Shown: positions 1 to 13,547 of the stretch, one piece after another
Layout of the letters: every line of letters starts with the position of its first letter
Numbering within the stretch: the first letter of the stretch is position 1
Assembly (NCBI RefSeq): GCF_006345805.1
Contig: NC_043000.1
Span: 110,112,001 to 110,176,000, forward strand
Length of the DNA: 64,000 nucleotides
Direction: 5' to 3'
From: Octopus sinensis
Lineage: Eukaryota
Made by a program: the position numbers and the translations under genes
Notes under the pieces: generated by a model
Database searches by the model: none
What the model was told of the DNA's origin: nothing
The model's input: the letters and a program-made list of their open reading frames with translations, nothing else

Positions 1-172
1 AGCAGCCACTACACTATCAGAGTGGTTGGTGTTAGGAAGGGCATCCAGCAGTAGAAACCATGCCAGATCAGACTGGAGCCTGATGCAGCCTCCTGGCTTG
101 TCAGTCTTCAGTCAAACCATCCAACCCATGACAGCATAGAAAGCGGACATTAAACGATGATGATGATGATGA
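1..172 (+). mobile_element. RTE-type LINE 3'-UTR fragment with (GAT)n tail
   Basis: GGAAGGGCATCCAGC...CCAACCCATG...(GAT)n; same sequence as the 3' UTR following the RT remnant at 3300-3530. Confidence 0.8.
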
Positions 173-831
173 CAAATCTTCACCATAATGAGAAAGGATT
201 TTAGTTTGTTTTTTCCTTCCATTTTTTCCATTTCATTTCATCACCTGTTTTATATATGAAACTACAATCCATTTTGTAACCATGTAATTCTGGGCTCAGT
301 CCCACTATGTGGGACCTTGAGCAAGTGTTTTCAGCTTCAGACCCAGATCAACCATTACCTTGTCAGTGGATTCGGTAGACAGAAACTATGAGCAACCACA
401 TGATGTGTGCATGTGTGTGTGTACCAAGCTGAAACATGTACCAAAACAAGAGAAAAAAAATTAAAAACAGCTTAAGGGTCAAAACAATACAGAAAATATG
501 ATAGTCACACTGGAACAGATTTTATCGAATTTAGAATGGTACACTTATCGTCAGGAATAGTATCCTACTGCTTTGCACTATCGGACATCCCCCGATTGCC
601 CCACTCATTCCTACCCTGACACCTCACCACTCCAATTATTATCATCACTTTCTAACCTTAATGAATCACTCCTATCCTCTCTTCTAAAATTTGAGCAGCC
701 TTGTTGCTCCTCTACAGCAAGAAACCTATTCTGCTCTGACCCTTTTCTCTCACTTAACCCCTCTCTACTCCTCATCTCCCAGCATAAAAGATTTCCCCCA
801 TTCAGGTTCATAGTCTATCAAGCTGCAGAAG

Positions 832-1152
832 GCATGTGACTAAGTGGTTAGGATATTCAGCTCGAGATTGTAAGATCAGGAGTTCAATACCTGGCAGTGT
901 ATGGTGTGTCCTTGGGCAAGACACTTTATTTCATGTTGCTCCAGTCCACTCAGCTGGCAAAAATAGTTGTACCTGTATTTCAAAGGGCCAGCTTTTCCAC
1001 ATTTGGTGTCACAGTGAGTATCGCTGACAACTACATTAAGGGCATGCATATCTGTGGTGTACTCAGCCACTTACATGTTAATTTCACAAGCAGGTTGTTC
1101 CGTTGATCGGATCAACTGGAAATCTTGTAATCGCAACCAACGGAGTTCCAGT
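832..1152 (+). mobile_element. tRNA-headed SINE with CORE-like segment
   Basis: A-box-like TAAGTGGTTAG, B-box-like GAGTTCAATAC, CORE-like CCTTGGGCAAG; related body at 24140-24400. Confidence 0.7.
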
Positions 1153-1551
1153 TTTTCTAGCAACTGCATGGTGGCCTCACTAGTGTTGATGGCATGGTAA
1201 AAGCCCCCAGTACACCACTGTGAAGTGGCTGACATTAGGATTAGCTGTCACTTCTCACTTGCAAACCATTTCATATATTGGCAGAGTAAAAGAGGAGTTA
1301 TATATTTTTGTTATGGAATTGCTAGCAATGTGTCTCAAGCAGATCCAAAGATGTGGTTTCCAGAGTAATATGGCAGCACCAATAACAACAACAACAATAA
1401 TTCTTACTACTATAGGCAAAAGGCATGAAATTTAGTGGAGGGGGTCTAGTTGATTACATCAAACCCAGTGCGTAACTGGTACTTCATTTTATGGACTCCG
1501 AAAGGGTGAAAGATAAAATAGGTCTTGGTGGAATCTGAACTTAGAATACCT

Positions 1552-1772
1552 ATTTCTTTACTACCCACAAGGAGCTAAACACAGAGAGGACAAACAAATT
1601 GATTAAGTCGATTATACTGACCCCAGTGAGTAACTGGTACTTATTTAATCAACTCCGAAAGGATGAAAGACAAAGCCGACCTCGGCGGAATTTGAACTCA
1701 GAACGTAACAACAGACGAAATACGGCTATGCATTTCACCCAGCGTGCTAACATTTCTGCCAGCTTGCTGCCT
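1552..1772 (-). mobile_element. tRNA-headed SINE, family B (GTCGACTTTGCCTTTCATCCTTTCGGGGTCGAT domain)
   Basis: Near full-length copy of a family with more than 20 copies in the window; minus-strand head GGCAGCAAGCTGGCAGAA and B-box GAGTTCAAATTCC. Confidence 0.85.
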
Positions 1773-1846
1773 TTAAAACACCCCAACCACTGTACAGGCG
1801 CAGGCGTGGGTGTGTGGTAAAAAGCTTGCTTCTCAACCACATGGTG

Positions 1847-3530
1847 TGGAGAAAGCTTTTGACAGGGTCCCCTGCTCCCTTATCTGATGGTCAATGCAGA
1901 AGCTAGGAATAGACAAGTGGTTCGTGAGAGCTGTACAAACTATGTACAGTGATGCTGTTAGTAAGGTGAAAGTTGGCAACGACTATAGCAAGGAATTAAG
2001 TGTACAGGCAGGAGTTCACCAAGGATTGATCCTCAGACCCCTTTTGTTCATCATAGTCCTCCAAGGCTATAACAGAGGAATTTAAGACAGGCTGCCCTTG
2101 GGAGCTCCTTCATACTGATGACCTTGTTCTTTTAAGTGAATCACTACTGGAACTAGAGAAGAAATCTCAGGTGTGGAAGCAAGGTCTGGAATCAAAGGGC
2201 CTTAGAGTTAATCTACCTAAGACGAAAGTCTTAGTAAGTAGGAACACAGACAAATCACAAATCCTTTCAGAGAAATGATCCTGTTCGATATATAGGAAAT
2301 GTGTAGGTAGAAACTCCATAAGGTGTACCCAGTGCAAGCTATGGATACATAAGAGGTGCAGTAATATCAGAGGAAAGTTAACAGAGAAAGTAGTAGCCAT
2401 TGTGTGTGGCAGGTGTGTAGGAACAACAAACACTGGGAATGTATGGGAAACAGACTTCATCAAATGTCCAGCAGAGAGCTTCTGTTACCTAGGTGACCAA
2501 ATCAGCAATGGAGGTGGATGCTCTGAGAGCATAGCTGCTAGAAGAAGTTGGGCAAAGTTTAGAGAACTACCTTTGTTGGTAATAAAGGGCCCTCTCTCTT
2601 AGAGTGAAATGCAGATTGTATGATGCCTGTGTATGAACAGCCATGCTATATGGCAGTGAAACATGGGCTGTGAGAGAAGAGGACATGCAAAGGTTTGAAA
2701 GAAATGAAGCCGGCATGCTCTGCTGGATGTGCAATGTGAGTGTGCATACAGAGTGTAAGCATCTTGTACAGTACATCCATCTGTAAGCAAGGCAGTGAGC
2801 TGGCAGAAACGTTAGCACGCAGGGCGAAATGCTTAGCAGTATTTCGTCTGCTGTTACGTTCTGAGTTCAAATTCCGCTGAGGTCGACTTTGCCTTTCATC
2901 CTTTCAAGGTCGATAAATTAAGTACCAGTTACATATTGGGGTTGATGTAATCAACTTAATCCCTTTGTTTGTCTTTGTTTGTCCCCTCTATGTTTAGCCC
3001 CCTGTGGGCAATAAAGAAATAAGAGTATAAGCATCTTGAGAGAAAAGATGGGCAAAAGAAGCATCAGATATGGCATGCAAGAGAGAAAGCTGCACTGGTA
3101 TATGTGATGCATATGAACGAGGACAGCGGCGTAAAGAATTCCTGATCTTTGTGGAGGGAACCTGCAGAAGAGGTAGACCCAAGAAGACATGGGACAAGGT
3201 GGTGAAATATGATTTTCAGATGTTGAGTCTCATGAAGGAGATGACAAGCAAACAAGACTTCTGGTGATTTGCTGAGCTTGAGAAGACACATCAAACCATG
3301 TTAAGTCATGGTTGCGGCCAATGCCAGTGAATGTAAAAGGCATCCATGGCTGTGACACGTAAAAGGCACCTACTACACTCTATGGAGTGGTTGGCATAAG
3401 GAAGTGCATCCATCTGTAGAAACCAACCCCAAACCAACTGGAGCTTGGTGCAGCTCTCCAGCTTACCACTTCCAGTCAAACTGTTTTCCATGCCAGCATG
3501 GAAAATGGATGCTAAATGATGATGATGATG
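1847..3530 (+). mobile_element. 5'-truncated, decayed RTE-clade LINE (RT domain, C-terminus, 3' UTR, (GAT)n tail)
   Basis: Translated remnants EKAFDRVP, GVHQGLILRPLLFIIV, HTDDLV (YADD-type motif), RGRPKKTWDKVV; stops and frameshifts; interrupted by a SINE at 2789-3024. Confidence 0.9.
2789..3024 (+). mobile_element. Family B SINE nested in the RTE LINE
   Basis: Head AAGGCAGTGAGCTGGCAGAAACGTTAG, B-box GAGTTCAAATTCC; flanking near-duplicate AGAGT(G/A)TAAGCATCT at about 2750 and 3023. Confidence 0.85.
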
Positions 3531-3740
3531 AACAATCTTTTCTACTATAGGCACAAGGCCCGAAATTTGTGGGGGAGGGCAATTGTTGATGACACTGATC
3601 CTAATGCTCAACTGGTTTTTATTTTACTGACCCCAAAAAGATGAAAGGTAAAGTTGACCTTGGCAGAATTTGAACTTAGACTGTAAAGATGGACAGAATC
3701 TGAGCAGCATTTTGTTCAGCTTGCTTATAATAATAATAAA

Positions 3741-4297
3741 TGCCTTGATGCAGTACCAGGCAGTGGCTCTCGTGGCTTCTGATCTAAACTGATTAGAAGT
3801 ATTATCTGTCTTGGTACAAAAGATGGGTTACAGCAAATATTCTGCTCAATACCACAGATTTGCTTGTCAGTTGTTTGACCTTAACCAGTTCATTATGTCC
3901 CTTAGTGGCTGATGATATGTGCATCTCTGATCATGAGCAGAAGTAGTGGGGTAGCATCATAGCCATGTGTTGAGAGGGATTCTTTGGGGTTTGGATAATT
4001 CACCTCTGGAAACATGAGTGTTTTGTTCAACATCCTTAAACAACCCTTATTCAGGGACCTTTTGAGTGGGATGGGTTACTCGACCAGAATAAAATTCTAA
4101 CTGGGCCCCACCTGCAAGGTCTTGCGCTGTTTATCTTGATATGAGATCACCATGTTGTGCACATATGGTTGTGATGCATGTGCCTGGTGTACCCTTATCA
4201 GACGGGTAGTCATGATGGGTATACTGGGCTTCGTATATTTTACCCTGGTGTCACTTTGATGGCATGCACTACTCTCTCACTCAATAATAATAATAAT
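3741..4297 (+). mobile_element. Probable 3' UTR of an R4/Dong-like LINE with (TAA)n tail
   Basis: Bounded on both sides by (TAA)n; start could read as the end of an ORF (ALMQY); family assignment is inferred by analogy to 52-55 kb. Confidence 0.4.
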
Positions 4298-4535
4298 CTT
4301 TTCTAATTGGGCACAGGGTGTGAAACTGGGATAGGAAAGGGGCAGAGATCATTACATCAATCTTAATACTCAGCTGGTATTTATTTTATCGATCTCCAAA
4401 AGATGAAAGGCAAAGTCAACCTTGGCAGAATTTGAATTCAGAAAGTAAAAAGCTGCAAGCAATGCCACTAAGCATTTTGTCCAACATGCTAATGAGTCTG
4501 CCAGCTCACTGCTTTTAATAATGATAATAATGATG

Positions 4536-4566
<31 letters not shown>

Positions 4567-4959
4567 GTATTCTAAGATGTATGACTAGTTTCCTGAGTAA
4601 AGTAATTAACATTACGACATAATTAATGACAAGGCTTTAAACATATGATGAGTTGATGAATAATGGCTATTAATCATGTTTTTAGTAAGTGAGGCGGCAA
4701 GCTGAGACTCATGCAAGGGATTTTGCTTTGAAACTTTGAATTACATTTAGGCAAAAAAACAAGAAAACAAAAAAAGAGGAAGGAAAACCAACCAAATAAA
4801 ATATAACAATACCAAGCAATGTCAAGAGTTAAGTATACAATGTTATAACGTGAGTGGGGGGGGGAGGAAGAGGAAACTAATCAATGGTAGTAGCAGCGTG
4901 ATGAGTGCTGCCATGCTTTTGCGTGGAATTGCAACATAGTCAAGCAGTAATCTACGTAC

Positions 4960-5009
4960 CTTTTGACCGAGTGATCATGGTACTGTTTCTGTGACCAGAA
5001 GCATTCAGC
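4960..5009 (-). CDS. Candidate 50-nt exon of an unidentified minus-strand transcript
   Basis: Acceptor ctgttctgctttgtag, donor AAAG|gtacgt; open in two frames (AECFWSQKQYHDHSVK or LNASGHRNSTMITRSK); may be UTR. Confidence 0.35.
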
Positions 5010-5139
5010 CTACAAAGCAGAACAGATTGTGGTTTGAGTAAAAGAGTTGCAGGAAGATTAATCAGAACTTTCTTTCAAAAAGGGACACACACACACACGC
5101 ACACAATCAACAAAATAGCCTTTAAAATAACAACAATCA

Positions 5140-5372
5140 CAATCATAATAATTAATTCTCGTTTATTGGCCACAAGGGCTAACAAAAATCAGATAAAACA
5201 TGTAGGGACAAAATACAGGACGAAAGTTACAAAAAGGGTTTTGTCCATTTGAAAAGTCCATGTACAAATGCAAGATAACAACGAAAATATGACAAGTAAA
5301 AACTCCCAATAGGGGGGAGGCACTTCGAAAGGTTACTCGTGGAAAAACCCATAAAAGCCACGGGAGCCTGGA
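5140..5372 (-). mobile_element. LINE 3'-end fragment (L1/Tx1-like, tentative)
   Basis: Minus strand is T-rich and ends in GCCCTTGTGGCCAATAAACGAG plus an ATT-rich tail; 5' flank is (ATT)n. Confidence 0.4.
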
Positions 5373-6257
5373 ATAATAATAATCCTCAACAGTACAAGAT
5401 GAGTTTTAAAATTTATATATATTCCTTGTTAATTGACCCTTATAAAAAAAAAATCCAATGAAAATTGAAGTGCTGACTGATATAAGTGTAACGATCAATT
5501 AAGCACATTATGAATTTAATAAAAACACACAGGTATTTGGTAAACCAAAGAGAAGATCCATAATTTTCTATTTCAAAGTTGAGGGATTGTTATCAAAAGG
5601 GGAATCCATATGGAAAATTTTTTAAATCTAACAATATTTTTTCATTTATAAATAATTGAATGGAGAGAACCATTCCATGCTGATAAAGAATTTTTTAATA
5701 ACAGGTTGAAGTGCTTCAAAAAATTCCTTTTGGAACTTAAGTAGATGCACGATAATAATTTATATTTATGTGTAAAGGGCATGAGATGTTTTGGCAAAGG
5801 CATTTTGGTCTTGCATCACTAAATCTTATTTGACATCAGACACTTTGACCCCTGGGATATTTTGGCACTGTACAAGTTTTGTTTTTATTTGAACTGACAA
5901 CTGACTCATAATTCCAACCACAAAACTACTTCCACTGCTAAACTTCATTCATCTTTCTGCTTCATTTTATGTGTATGAGGGTTGGTGGAATATTGATGAA
6001 ATGTGGGAAGGAGAAGATTCTCTCACAAACGCGGATTCCTCTACATTTCTGACAAAATAGAACAGGAAATCAAAATTTTGGTGCAGCGAGCAGAAAAACG
6101 AGAGAGAGCATTAAGAAGTGTGTGCATGCATGTATGTGTACTCGCCAACAAGTATTGTCACCAAAACAGGTTCAATGTCCAGTCAGCCGTGGCAAATTGC
6201 CAGCATCCAAACGGCCATACCCAACCATCTTATTCCAAACTGATGATAATAGCTTAC

Positions 6258-6273
6258 TCTGATGTTTTCCCCA
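6258..6273 (-). CDS. Candidate 16-nt microexon
   Basis: Very long polypyrimidine acceptor ttttctctctttttaactttag, donor AGA|gtaagc; reads (S)GENIR. Confidence 0.3.
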
Positions 6274-6479
6274 CTAAAGTTAAAAAGAGAGAAAAAAAAA
6301 CAAAACAAAACAAAACAAGAAAAAAAATCATTATTCTTATTCAGTTTACAAATGTTCAAATTCTACAGTATCTAATGTGGCCGTGACAGCAATGGTTACT
6401 GAAATATCTAGCAACCTTAATAACTCACATTATGGGGCAAGTGTGTGTACTGCAAGGGTGGAAGGGGATTCTGTGTGCT

Positions 6480-6790
6480 GCACATGTGAGAAGAGATATG
6501 GTTTATGGAATATGGTAGAGCAGCAGGGAATAATGGAAAGAATGGCAACGAGAATGGTCTGGTGGAATGAGTGAGCATTGCCGAGAGAAGTACAAACAAT
6601 GAATTTCAGAGAATGATGGGAATTGTGCCAGAGATGGATGCTGTGAAGAGAAATGGGATGAGATGGCTGAGTCATGTGCTGAGGGTGATGGAAATGAATG
6701 TGGAAGGATGTAGAAGAAACTGAAGGAGACCTGGTTAAAGAAGGTAGAGGAAGCAAGGAAGGCAGGAAAATTGGTGAAGAATATCACAGG
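6480..6790 (+). mobile_element. Decayed RTE-like LINE C-terminal coding fragment
   Basis: Remnant resembling LRWFGHVLRM (GMRWLSHVLRVM) followed by a GRPKKTW-like region. Confidence 0.55.
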
Positions 6791-7659
6791 AGCCACAAAG
6801 TTAGCACCTTGTCTAGCAGAGATAAATGAGCTTAAAATATCTGTTGGTGTTATTACTCTTTTCTCTTTTACTTGTTTCAGTCATTTGACTGTGGCCATGC
6901 TGGAGCACCACCTTTAGTCGAGCAAATCGATGCTGTGATCTTTTCTTTTAACTAAACATAAAAGTGTGAAAAGAAACAGAATTCTGACAACCGAGAGAAC
7001 TGTAGAGTGAGCTGTGAAGAGGTTTGTTTCTTAATCATCACTAGCATTTACTGGAAAACATTTGAAAAGCAGAGGCACCTTCCAGCATGAGATTTTTCAA
7101 AACCATGCATCTGGCCTGCTAGAAAGTTATTCATGTATAAGGCAGTTACCATTCTCACTCTCCAGAATGAAGTAAGTCGACCATTGACATGTGAGCCAGC
7201 TGGATCAACTCCCACCAGCAATGCCTTCTTCGTAGCATCCTCAATATCACAGGAGAAGACTACAGAAACAACATTGCAATCCTCAAAGAGACAAAAACCA
7301 TCATCATCCAAAGCAACCAACACCAAGAACCATGTTTGGGGAACGGGGCATGTGCTTTGAGATGGGCATTGTATAGATATGTGTGTGTGTTTTTGTCCCC
7401 TCACCATTGCTGGTGTGTTTACGTCCCCATCACTTAGTGGTTCGGCAAAAAGAGACCGATAAAATGAGTGCTAGGCTTACAAAGAATAAGTCCTGGGGTC
7501 GATTTGCTCGAGTAAAGGCGATGGTCCAGCATGGTAGCAGTCAAATGACTGAAATAAGTAAAAGAATATACAGAGAGAGGGGGGGTGGAGGTGGTGGTGG
7601 TGGTGGTGGGGGGGAGACAATGAACCCAACTGTCAAAATCAAACCTAACTGAAATCGAA

Positions 7660-8118
7660 ATCAAACTCGGTGACTGGCATCCATTGCTAGTGGAGCGTTA
7701 AGAGTACCATACGAACGAGATCGTTTCCAGAGCAACAAGCTGGCCTTCATGCCGATGGCACGTTAAGCACACCATTCGAACATGATCGTTACCACGTTGC
7801 CTTACTAGCACTTGTGCTGGTGGCATGTGAAACATTTGAGTGAGGGCGTTGCCAGTCCGCTGGACTGGCTCCTGTGCAGGTGGCACATAAAAAGCACCAT
7901 TTGGGCATGGCCGTTGCCAGTACCACCAAACTGGCCCTCGCGCCGGTGGCACGTAAAAGCACCCACTACACCCTCGGAGTGGTTGGCGTTAGGAAGGGCA
8001 TCCAGCTGTAGAAACTCTGCCAAATCAGATTGGAATCTGGTTCACCAGACCTCAGTCAAATTGTCCAACCCATGCTAGCATGGAAAGCAGACATTAAATG
8101 ATGATGATGATGATGATG
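7660..8118 (+). mobile_element. RTE 3'-UTR copy with several diverged internal subrepeats
   Basis: Repeated GGTGGCAC(G/A)TAAAAAGCACC units, then the standard tail and (GAT)n. Confidence 0.8.
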
Positions 8119-8639
8119 ACTGTTACAAGATTTGTATTGCATGGACCAGATTTATTAGTCGCCTGTACAGATATGCTAGTAACTCCCGATCCGGAAGATC
8201 CTGATACTCAATTCTGAGGGATTGCCAGATATATCTCTCATCTCTGACAATGTGAAAAAAAACGACCCCACAAGATCTCATTTATATCATTTTGGAAGAG
8301 TCTTTTGCACTTACTAAGGAGCCTCTCTTACCAGGTCTCCCTGGATCAGAAGAGAAGCAAAGCCAGGGCCTTTGAGGTGAGCTGTACCAACAGAGTCAAC
8401 ATTGCAAAACTGGAAAGTGGTAACGAGGGTTGGGCCTACTTCATCTGCAGGTTTGATAGCTGTGGTTGACTCATAGACTTCACCTAACCCTGAAGAGACT
8501 GGCTATTGTCTATTGTGTAATGTCCTGCACCTTCCACACATAAGATATATATATATATACATACATATACATACATACATATATATACACACACGCACAT
8601 ATACATATATATGCATAACATATATATACATATATACAT

Positions 8640-8673
<34 letters not shown>

Positions 8674-8678
8674 ATATA

Positions 8679-8712
<34 letters not shown>

Positions 8713-9033
8713 TGTGGTCAGTTTTGTCACCAGTAACCGACCCCTCCCATGAAACAGGTAGTACTGGTTTGTATGATTACCAGTGGAAGATCATCTCTGA
8801 TGTAATTTGACAAATACACAACATAAGCACAATGTGTGTTTGTGTGTGTGTGTGTATGTGTACAAGTACATTTGTCGTTTCTTAATTGTCTTTTGTTTGT
8901 GCAAAAGCCTGGAGTAAAAGCATTTTAATAATAATAATAATAATAATTATTATTATTATAATTATCATTATTACCTGTCTTCTATAAGTATATACATACA
9001 CATACACTTGAAAGAGACAGTGTGTGTGTATGT

Positions 9034-9065
<32 letters not shown>

Positions 9066-9571
9066 GTGAGAAAAATTCTCTGCTACTAGACAATGTGAAA
9101 ATCAATATGCCAGAAATTTAGGGTAACCACCAACCAATAACATGCAGTAATAGCAAATATTGGAGCAGCCAACCAAGTTCTCTGCTGCGTCTTCTTCTCT
9201 CATCTCTATCTGTCCATCCGTTCTCTCTCCTTGATGTGTTCCAAACTCAAAGACTCAGCTGCTCTAAACTCAAACGGACAGTATATGATTTCTTTGGGGG
9301 AATGGTTGTTGTTTTTTTTTTTTTTGTTTTTTGCAGGAAAAATACTGACTCAGGATCAAAACAGATTTAATAAAAATAGTTACATAAAAACCAACAAGTA
9401 AACATAGCAATAAAGGAATGAACTGACGATGATGATGATGGGGGTGATGATGATGATGGTTGTAACAACAGTGTTAGTTGATAGGAATCCATTTTTAAAG
9501 TGAAAAATAGTTTGAAACTCAAAGCAACTGTGACACTAAAATGGAAACACTTGATCTACGATGTATCAACC

Positions 9572-10202
9572 TTGCCTCTGCCTTTGCAAAGGCGGAGGTA
9601 TTGTTTTCAGTCGTGTTTGTTTGTTTGCTCACAGTTCTTTATTTTATAGTAATGTGTCAGTTCCCTTTTAGTTACTTGCTGGGTGATTGGAATCCTTCCA
9701 CAACAAAGTATAATAGGAACAAGAGCACCCAGAGAGTGTAAACCTCCGCCAAGGCAACACCAACAGCCTCTCAATGATTAGCCGGTGATGATTTTTAAAA
9801 TTAGAATATCTGAAATAAACTCAAGAACTGCTGGATGGATTCGGATGAAACTTTCAAGGATGTGACTGGCACGAACTCATTAAATTTTGGGATCGATCCG
9901 GTATCGGACAAGGATTCTGGATTATTTTTCCTGTTTTTTTTTTTTTACTTAATTTTTAAGAGTGATTGGGTTCGTTTTTAGTATTCTTGTTTGTGAGAGC
10001 AATCAAGTTTATTTCAGATATTCTAATTTTAAAAATCATCACCGGCTAATCATTGAGAGGATGTTGGTGTTGCCTTGGCGGAGGTTTACACTCTCTGGGT
10101 GCTCTTGTTCCTATTATACTTTGTTGTGGAAGGATTCCAATCACCCAGCAAGTAACTAAAAGGGAACCGACACATTACTATAAAATAAAGAACTGTAAGC
10201 AA
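9572..10202 (+). mobile_element. Helentron-type non-autonomous element (HINE-like) with an internal inverted duplication
   Basis: 5' CCTCTGCC-TTTGCAAA-GGCGGAGGT, 3' GGCGGAGGT followed by small hairpin CACTCTCTGGGTG and TTGTT; 9618-9822 is the reverse complement of 10006-10202. Confidence 0.55.
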
Positions 10203-13200
10203 TTGAGGGCAAGCAGTTCAGTGTGAGCCGTAGGCAGAGAGTGGTTAACCCTGTGTAACAGTAATAGTAGTGTGCATTGTGTGAATACTTCTTTTGCTCT
10301 GCTTCATTAGATTATCTATCCAACACCAGGATATATTTTCTACTTCCCATCATCATCGTCATCATTGTTTAACATCTGTTTTCCATACGGACAGGAATTG
10401 GATGTTTCAACAGAAGCCAATGACCCAGAGAACTGTGTGCCAAGTTCCAATGTCTGGGTTCTATGGTTGAATACCTTCCCTAACACCAACCACTTTACAG
10501 AGTGGACCAGATGCTTTTCTACTTGGCACCAGCACCAGTGAGGTTGCCAAGTAACTTTCAAGACACGAACTCCCTTAACTGATTTGGGATGTAGTACTGA
10601 AGGGAAGTGGCGTTACGTCAGGTGACGAGAGGACAGAGAATGATACAGGGACAGGAACAGTTGTCTTGGAGAATGATTTGAGTTTTGTAAAGATTTAGCA
10701 ACTGATCAGCAAAGTTGAAGAATTTAGTGGTTATGAAAAACACCTTAACTAAACGGATGAAGTTTTGGCAATTTATTTCTGATATTATCGCCCAAAGTTG
10801 GGAGATCTAGCAGTTATTTGTAACAACTTTTAGCTTTATGTCCTTTTTATCTCCTTTTTCACTTTCTCAAAGACTTCTGGGTAATCTTTGGTTTTAGGTA
10901 CATGTACCCGTGGAACTAATAATGAAACGAAACAATCCAGAAAAAAAATGGAAAAACAGCCTTGGGTACCCTGAATAAGTGGAACAAATACGTAAATGCT
11001 TGCAAGTGAATTTTTAACATTTTAATAGCAACACTTTTGTTTTAAGTTTAATGACTTGGAAAAGCCTACAAATAAAATGATAACTATACTGGCGCACTTC
11101 TATGAAGGATTACCAGAAAAATAAACCAATCCCTAAAGAATACTACTACTAATAATAATAAAAATGGAAACATTCCTAAAAAATTAGAAAAGATTTAAAG
11201 AGAATATGAAATTAATACATTTCTCAATTTGTGTTGTAAGATACCTGATGTTGTGCGTTGAAACAGATATTGTTGAATTTCGGGATGGTCATACTTCTTT
11301 TTCTTTTTTGCCAAATAAACACACACACTATATATTCATTCTTTTCTTGTTTATTACGGTTCTTATTCTAATTCATGTCTATTGTCTGGAAATCTTTCAT
11401 TACACATCTGTGACCTCTTCAGCAACACTGTCTTCGTGTGTGCTCTTGCACACATTCTGTTCTTCTATGTGTATCCTTATATGCACATGTGTTTGCATCT
11501 GTGTGTGTGTATGTGTCATTGTTCTTAGTAGCACCATGACCCTCCCCTCAGTCCTGTCCCCCCTCCCATTGCTACCGCTTTCCATTTAATGAGGTTAAAT
11601 AAATGACTTTTAAATATCTACATATTTGTTCTGCTTACTTGGAACACCCAAGTCTATTTTTGCATTTTCTCAGATTGTTTTATTCCATTATCACTCCTGC
11701 AGGCACATGTACTTAGAACCAAAGATTACTAATTCCTGTTCTTGTAAACCAGTAACATGTTTTCTGTTGCCATCACATTTTATCTACTAGATCCATTTTC
11801 AGATTCTGCAGGAGACATTCTATCCATTCCTTCTTCAGGGCAATATTTATCTGCCCAAATTCCTTCACTCACTCAGTCATTAATCTCTTAATCTCTTGAA
11901 GCCGTTGACCTGAAGATTAGCAATGTTGAACTTTCCCCAGTTACCCTTTTGCTCAAGTGTGGGATAATGCAAATAGGTTGTTATGGACAGACACAGCTCA
12001 CCCTCCAGGACCAAGTCATAAAACACACCACCTGTGTACATATGAAGTCACACCTGCGCTTTATATATAGGGTGTTGCTCTCGCAATTCTAAGATCATGG
12101 TTTCAATTCCAAGACCAGGTGGTGTATTTTGTTTGTAAAACACTTCATTTGGTGCCACTTAAGTCCAGCCAGTTATAAATGAGTAACCCTGCAATGGGCT
12201 GATGTCACTTCGTCCAGGGGGAATGTTGTGATCTTGGTCAGTTGTACGTCATGGAAACCAGGAAATTGATCCTATAAGTCCACGGACTCAAGACACTCAT
12301 ATCCAGGGGTTGATGACGAGATAATGATATGTGCATTTACATTACATATTTGTGAACATGTCATTAACAAGATGCCATAAATATGAATTATAAACAAGAT
12401 TCCACAAAACAATGAAAGATAATGCTGACACTGATGATGATGATGATGCTGAAGTCACTCCTCCAGCCATAAACCAATTATTACCTGTGCAGTGGAAGGA
12501 GTGCTCAATTTATTCTTATTAACAAAGGCCTATGCAAATGGCATTTATTATTCCCTTCCACACTTTCCATTTGGACAAGTCTGTTTTACTTTCAAACCCA
12601 CACAAATGTACTCACTAACACTGGAAGCTATATTACACTGCCTTGTGTATAGAATCTGTCTCCAATGTTTATTGTTTTGTTATTAAACAAAAATAGCCGC
12701 GACAAATTTGGGTGTCATTTACTGTTTGCTCTGCCCATACATCTAAGATGATACTTGCACACAAACACCCACACAAACACATGTACAAATTTACATAAGC
12801 ACATATATACACACAGATACACAAACACGCATGCACATACAAACACACATTATTCAGACTTCAATCAAGAAAAAAGCCTTCCGTTCTCAACCAAGCCTAG
12901 ACTTGCCCCACCCCTCAAACACCATCCCACTACAACAGAATGTACTCTGTCACAGTCATTCTACAGGATTTCTCATCCAACACACCTTAACGAAGGACTC
13001 CAGTGGAAGTAACCTCATTGGGCTTTTGGTTGTAACTACAAAGGCTCTTTGCAAACTTTATGTCAAGCGTACATTATCTAAGCCCTTGTATTCTGTAGTT
13101 ATTTCCATAAAAATTTAATGAGTGGAGCGGGGAGGGGGGAACATTAGTCCAAACCTATCTGAAAGGTTGCACAAGCCAGATGGAGTTTGTGTAAGAACAT

Positions 13201-13446
13201 ACAGGTAATATAACATGGTGCAAAAATAACTTGTTGATTAAAAAATATATACCCTTTCTACTGGAAGCACAAGACCTCAATTTTGGGGGGAGGGATTAAG
13301 TCGATTACACCAACCCCAGTGTGTAACTGGTACTTATTAATCAACCCTGAAAGGATGAAAGGCAAAGTCGACCTTGGCGGAATATATATATATATATTTA
13401 CACATACACACATACATGTGTGTGTGTGTATGTGCATGTGTATTAA

Positions 13447-13547
13447 CCCTTTTGTTACTGTATTTCTGTGTTTCGTTCAATTACTTTAAATAAAACAAAG
13501 AATTTAGTAAAATAACTTAGGTTTCAGCCAGGTTGGTAACGAAAGGG
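13447..13547. mobile_element. piggyBac-like MITE (short derivative)
   Basis: TTAA on both flanks; TIRs CCCTTTTGTTAC / GTAACGAAAGGG. Confidence 0.85.

Noticed and set aside
7048-7407. 119-aa minus ORF and neighbouring plus-strand open frame
   Set aside because: No recognisable motif and no convincing splice-site pair in a consistent frame
8160-8500. Coding-like segment with a possible 42-nt plus exon (VSLDQKRSKARAFE)
   Set aside because: Surrounded by interrupted frames that look like a decayed retroelement; the family could not be assigned
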